The notes beneath the pieces were generated by a model. It saw only the letters and a list, made by a program, of their open reading frames with translations. It made no database searches and was not told the origin of the DNA. The position numbers and the translations under genes are program-made. A DNA stretch of 63,838 nucleotides from an uncultured delta proteobacterium (GTDB taxonomy: Bacteria; Myxococcota; Myxococcia; Myxococcales; Myxococcaceae). Positions 59,431 through 63,838 of this stretch are shown one piece after another; position 1 is the stretch's first letter, and each line of letters opens with the position of its first letter. The DNA is taken from positions 1 to 63,838 of the forward strand of contig CAVZMH010000010.1 of NCBI GenBank assembly GCA_963776345.1. Reading direction: 5' to 3'.

Positions 59431-60668
59431 GACGCCGGCACCAGCGGGACGGTGAGCCTGGCGCGGGTGCCCCGGGCCGGGGTCGAGACCAGGCTCAGCT
59501 CGCCCCCGAGCTGCTCGGCGAGGCTCCGCGCCACGAAGAGCCCGAGGCCGAGCCCGTGGCCCGAGCCGCGGGTGGAGAAGAACGGCTCGCCGGCGCGCGC
59601 CAGCACCTCGGGGGCCATGCCCTCGCCCTGGTCCTCCACCTCCACCCGGAGCCGGTCGCCCTCGAGCCCCAGCCGGAGGTGGACCGGCGCGCCCGCGGGC
59701 GAGGCCTGCAGCGCGTTGCGCACCAGCGCCTGGACGCTCTGGCCCACGGCGCGGACCGGGAGCGCCGCCGACGTCTCGCGCACGCTTTCTGGGCATTCGA
59801 CGCGGACGCGCTCCGCCTCGGGGAGCCCCTCGAGCGCCTCGTCCAGGAGGAGCGAGACCGGCCGGAGGTGGAGCGTCTCGCCCGGGGACTGGCCGGCCTC
59901 GGTCGACATCCGGGCGAGCGCCTCGCGGCAGCGCGAAATCTGGAGCTGGATGAGCCGCGCGTCCTCGGCCGCCTCGGGGAGCGACTGCAGCCGGCGCTCC
60001 AGCTCGTGGGCGGCGACGGCGATGGTGGAGAGCGGGGAGCCGAGCGCGTGCGCCGTCCCCGCGGCGAGCGTGGCGAGCGAGGCCAGCCGGTCGCGCCGGA
60101 CGGCCCGCTCGCGCTCGCTGGCGAGCTCCGCCTCGCGCTCGGCCAGGGCCCGGCGGACCCGGAGGACGAAGACCACCAGCATCCCGCCGGCGAGCGCGAA
60201 GGCGACCCACATGCCCCGGAGATGAAGCCGCATCATCTCGGCGTGACCGAGCGTGGCGCCCGGGCTCCACGGCACGGGGAGGAAGAGCGCGCCGAAGCAG
60301 AGGAGGACCAGCCCCAGCAGCGCCCAGGTCAGCCCCGGGGTGAGCACCACCGCACCGAGCGCCACGTCCACCAGGTACAGGACGCTGAAGGGGTTGCTCG
60401 GGCCACCGCTGAGCGCGAGCAGCACGGTGAGGAGCAGCGTGTCGAGCGCCATGAGCCCGGCGACGGTGGTCGCCCGGACCCTCCGGTGCCGGCGCACCCG
60501 GAGCGCCAGCGCGACGTTGCTCGCCACCTGGAGGGCCCACACCGCGGCCACCGCCAGCGGAGGCACCGGGATGTGGAAGACCGATCCGGCGGCCAGCGCG
60601 AGGAGCAGGAACAGGACGGCGGCCGCCCAGCGGAGCCGGACCAGCCAGGAGACGTCGACGGGCTGCAT
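59427..60668 (-). CDS. regB: RegB/PrrB-type redox sensor kinase
   Basis: WLVRLRW, GGPSNPF quinone-binding motif, AHALGSPL, redox Cys in SRCRE, EPFFST, GLGLF. Confidence 0.92.
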   Translation of the reverse strand: MQPVDVSWLVRLRWAAAVLFLLLALAAGSVFHIPVPPLAVAAVWALQVASNVALALRVRRHRRVRATTVAGLMALDTLLLTVLLALSGGPSNPFSVLYLVDVALGAVVLTPGLTWALLGLVLLCFGALFLPVPWSPGATLGHAEMMRLHLRGMWVAFALAGGMLVVFVLRVRRALAEREAELASERERAVRRDRLASLATLAAGTAHALGSPLSTIAVAAHELERRLQSLPEAAEDARLIQLQISRCREALARMSTEAGQSPGETLHLRPVSLLLDEALEGLPEAERVRVECPESVRETSAALPVRAVGQSVQALVRNALQASPAGAPVHLRLGLEGDRLRVEVEDQGEGMAPEVLARAGEPFFSTRGSGHGLGLGLFVARSLAEQLGGELSLVSTPARGTRARLTVPLVPAS

Positions 60669-60996
60669 GGGCCTCGGGCTCTTCTACTCCGAAGCGGAGG
60701 AGGCGCACCCGGGTCTCTCGTCAGGGGAGGCGGGGGAACCACGGACTGGCTCCTGGCGGACGCGGTGAGGGCGGCGCGGTGCGGCCCGGGGCGCGGAATC
60801 GAGCGGCCTGCGCTCGCCCGGGCGCTCCGGGGATGCGCGAGGTCCGATTCACCGTCTCGAAATCGAGAAGATGGTGGTGGAGGTCGCGGCCATCGAGAAG
60901 GCGTTCGGGATCGACGACCTCGCCCGCTTCAGTCAGAAGGTCGCGAGCCCCTGAGCTCCGGACGCGGGCTCGTGGCTCCCGGGGGAGCTGGTCCCC

Positions 60997-61137
60997 GAGC
61001 AAGCGTGGACATAGCAACTTCGGCCCGGGGCGCCGGCGTCCGGCGCGGCCCGCCCTCGTGAGGTCGGACACTTGCGCGCGGGCGACGTGCGTCGAGTCCA
61101 GCGGCGCGGACCGAAGTTGCTATGTCCACAATTGCTC
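60997..61137. repeat. Inverted-repeat element: perfect 19-bp IR (61005-61023 / 61111-61129), extendable to about 27 bp
   Basis: GTGGACATAGCAACTTCGG ... CCGAAGTTGCTATGTCCAC, flanked by GAGCAA / TTGCTC. Confidence 0.85.
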
Positions 61138-61273
61138 CGGAACGCGCCCCCTGGTCGGGCCTCCGCGTGCGCTGACCGGGCACGGGCGCGCCCGACCGTG
61201 CCGCGCGGGCCACGGCCGCTCGAGAGCCCGCCGCGGCGGAAGCGTCGGCCTCCGCCGCGGCGCCCTCATCCTC

Positions 61274-63838
61274 TCAGGGCGAGAACGTCTCCGACCGCGT
61301 CGAGGTCACCTCCGACGACTGGAACGGGAAGTTGAAGTACTGGTTCAGCACCCACTGGGTGAGCATCGTCGGCTGGTTCGTGGGGAACGCCTCCTCGCTC
61401 TCCACGCCCGGGAGCTGCATGAAGGTGTTCGCCGCCGTCCCGTCCATCGCCGCCACCCAGCGGACGTTCCCGCCCGAGCGATAGGCGAACGAGAGGTCGG
61501 CCGAGCTCCGGCCGGTCGGAGCGCCCACGTCCACCGTCCACGCGCCGCCGGGACGCGCGTACGGCCCGGGCCGGAAGCCGGGGTCGATCAGCGGATAGCC
61601 GGGCACGATGAAGGGGAAGCTCACGGTGTGCACGCGGCCCCACCGCCAGTTGGCGACGTCGCCGTAGGCGCCCTTCAGCTGCGCGTAGGCAAAGCCGAGC
61701 GCGTCGGTCACCTGCGTGACGCAGGTCTTGTTGTTGACCGTCTGGCCCCTGGAGTTCACGTCCCGGCAGAAGACGTTGTTGGGGTTCGGCACCTGGCCCG
61801 AGAGCAGGGTCAGCAGCGCCCGGACCTCGTTGCCCGCGCTCCGGCCCACCCCCGCCACCGCCTCCTCGTCGGTGAAGGTGGTCTCCAGCACCCGGCGGAG
61901 GAAGGTGTGGAACAGCATGCACGCCGCCGAGTTCGCCGAGCCGGTGGCGCTCGAGTCGTTGAGCGCGGCCGCCGGATCGAGCGAGCCCGCCGCGAGCCCG
62001 GTGGGGCAGTCGAGGGGGTCCGGCCCCATGCCCCACTGGTCGAGCATGAATGCCGCGTCGCTCACGTTCGGATCGTTGAGGGCGGGGGAGCTCACGGCGA
62101 TCAGTGCGTGGATGAATGCCACGAAGGGCCGGGCGACGATGGCCACGTGGTCCGCCTGCAGCGCCTTCATGTCGGCGAGGGTCACCTTGCCGCCGTTCGC
62201 CGTCTTGGCGTCCAGCACCTCCTGGATGCGCGCGATGCGGAACCCCATGTCGTCCCACTCGTAGCTCAGGTACGGCACGCCGCCCGGGTTGTTCGAGTAC
62301 GGGTCGTTGTCCACCGAGACGCCGAGCGGATCGGCGTTGGCGGTCGCCAGGTAGCCCTTGGTCGAGCCGATGGCCTTGGGAAGCTTGTCGTCGGGGACGC
62401 AGAGCAGCCCGCCGTCCGGGCCGGTGGCCCACTCGAAGTTGCCGCGCCCGTCCACCGGGATCGACCGGGTACGGGTACACCGCCGGGCTCGCCGCCCAGG
62501 GCCGCTGCGGCACGCAGGCGTGCGGGACGTAGCCGATGGCCCCGGTGTCGTCGGCCAGCACGAAGTTCTGCGCTCCGGTGAAGTAGCCGGTGTACCGGCC
62601 GCCGTCGGGCGCCGGGTCACCCTCGAGCGCCTGGCGGGCGTCGTCCACGCTGGCCGCGTTGTTCAGGCGGAAGAAGGCGTGCAGGTCGTCGCTCTGGCTC
62701 TCCTGCCCGGTCCACCGCGCGGTGATGGCGATGCCGTGCGCCGCGTCGAGCGAGATGACCGGCCCGTGCGGCGGCGCCACGAGGACCGGCGTCGGGTTGG
62801 TGACCGAGGCGAGCCCGGTCGGCGGTGCGGAACTTGTAGGTCTGGGGCACGACGATGAACGGCACCGTGTTGCCCTTGAAGGAGATCCCCACCGGCGTCT
62901 GGCCCTGGAAGACCAGCGTCTCCACGTACAGGTCGGTCACGTCGTAGCCCACCACCGTCACGCCCCACCCCACGTGCGAGCCGCGGCCCGATGAGCGTCA
63001 CCGGCACCCCGGGGAAGCTGGAGCCCATGACGTTCAGCGAGTCCTCGCTCCCGATGAGGTGCGCGAGGTGGAAGTTCGAGGGGTAGTTGAGCGAGAGGTG
63101 CGGGTCGTTGGCCACGAAGGCCTTCCCGAGGTCGGTGTGGGCCCCGTCGACCACCCAGTTGTTGGACCCGGCTGGCGAGCCCATCAGCTCCCGCAGCTCG
63201 CGGATCGCCCCGAGCGTCCTCGACGCTCCGTCCAGGGCCGCGCCCGCGGCGCGCAGCGACTCGAGCGTCTGCGGCGAGGCCGCCACCAGGCTCGGCGCGT
63301 TGGGGGCGCCGCTGCCGGCGAGGGTGAAGGCCTCGATCGGCGACTTGGCCTGGATCCACAGGCCGATGCTGAGGTCCCGGTCCACCGTGTTCCCGGCGAA
63401 GATCGTCGACCAGGTCTGCGCCCACTTCCCGTAGTCGCCCTCCTGCTCCGCGGTCTCCGAGAGCTGGAACTGGAAGAGGCGCGCCACCGCCACCGTGTCC
63501 ACGTCGCTCCAGTCCGGGAGGTCGTCGGTCTTGGTCGGGTCGATGACGTACAGGAGCTGCTTGTAGGCGGCCGGGAGCTTCGTCGGATCGGCGCGGACCT
63601 GGGCGATGAAGGCGTTGACCCCGGCGGTGTAGGCCGCGAAGCGCGGCGCCATCGGCGTGTCGGTCAGCCAGTGGGCGTAGAGCGCCTCGGGCATCGGCTG
63701 CCCGTCCCGGGTGGTGAAGAAGGTGCGGAGCGCCTGGTCCTGCGAGAGCGCCGCGTCACCGACCAGCTCGGAGAGGTGACCCCGCGCGGCGCGGCGGAAG
63801 AAGTCCATCTGGAAGAGCCGGTCGCGGGCGTGGATGAA
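61274..63838 (-). CDS. Penicillin acylase / AHL-acylase family Ntn hydrolase (5' end outside window; frameshifts near 62987, 62820, 62462)
   Basis: HARDRLFQMD, GSNNW, ANDPHL, HGPVI, QNFVLAD, TANAD, WRWG..H, PGG. Confidence 0.9.

Noticed and set aside
60844..60953. Protein-like frame PIHRLEIEKMVVEVAAIEKAFGIDDLARFSQKVASP*
   Set aside because: No convincing start or RBS and no recognisable family; at most a gene remnant.
1573..62780. Many long antisense or alternate-frame ORFs in the six-frame track (e.g. 1573-2946 -, 12397-14553 -, 34938-36857 +)
   Set aside because: Shadow ORFs expected from very high GC: Arg/Gly/Pro-rich and overlapping clearly recognisable genes.

Overview
Very GC-rich, gene-dense bacterial DNA, most likely from a myxobacterium (Myxococcota; inferred from GC content, a myxobacterial-type sigma factor and lipoprotein styles). 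I found no rRNA, tRNA, CRISPR array or transposase. Most of the window encodes low-oxygen, redox and metal-stress functions: (i) a group 3b NiFe (sulf)hydrogenase operon with an embedded cNMP-binding protein and a maturation protease; (ii) a radical SAM / Cys-bearing FNR-like regulator / hemolysin III module marked by two perfect TTGACC-N2-GGTCAA palindromes; (iii) an operon of a triple-USP protein, two paralogous PEEFP-type P-type ATPases and a class II cytochrome c; (iv) an EmrAB-TolC pump; (v) a bufferin-type MNIO (DUF692) RiPP cluster whose DoxX gene is separated from it by an amidohydrolase and an alpha-carbonic anhydrase but carries an identical GTAACC-N16-CGTA ECF-type promoter; (vi) phosphoketolase, acetate kinase and cytochrome bd; (vii) ECF42 and myxobacterial sigma factors, a 22-aa Pro/Gln repeat protein, envelope genes, RegB/RegA and a penicillin acylase running off the right end. 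About nine genes carry apparent single-base insertions, most likely assembly errors. The most notable non-obvious signals are shared cis-motifs (two FNR-like boxes, a 17-bp motif upstream of both USP genes, two ECF promoters) and a perfect 19-bp inverted repeat near 61.0-61.1 kb. All functional calls come from motif recognition by eye; no database searches were run.
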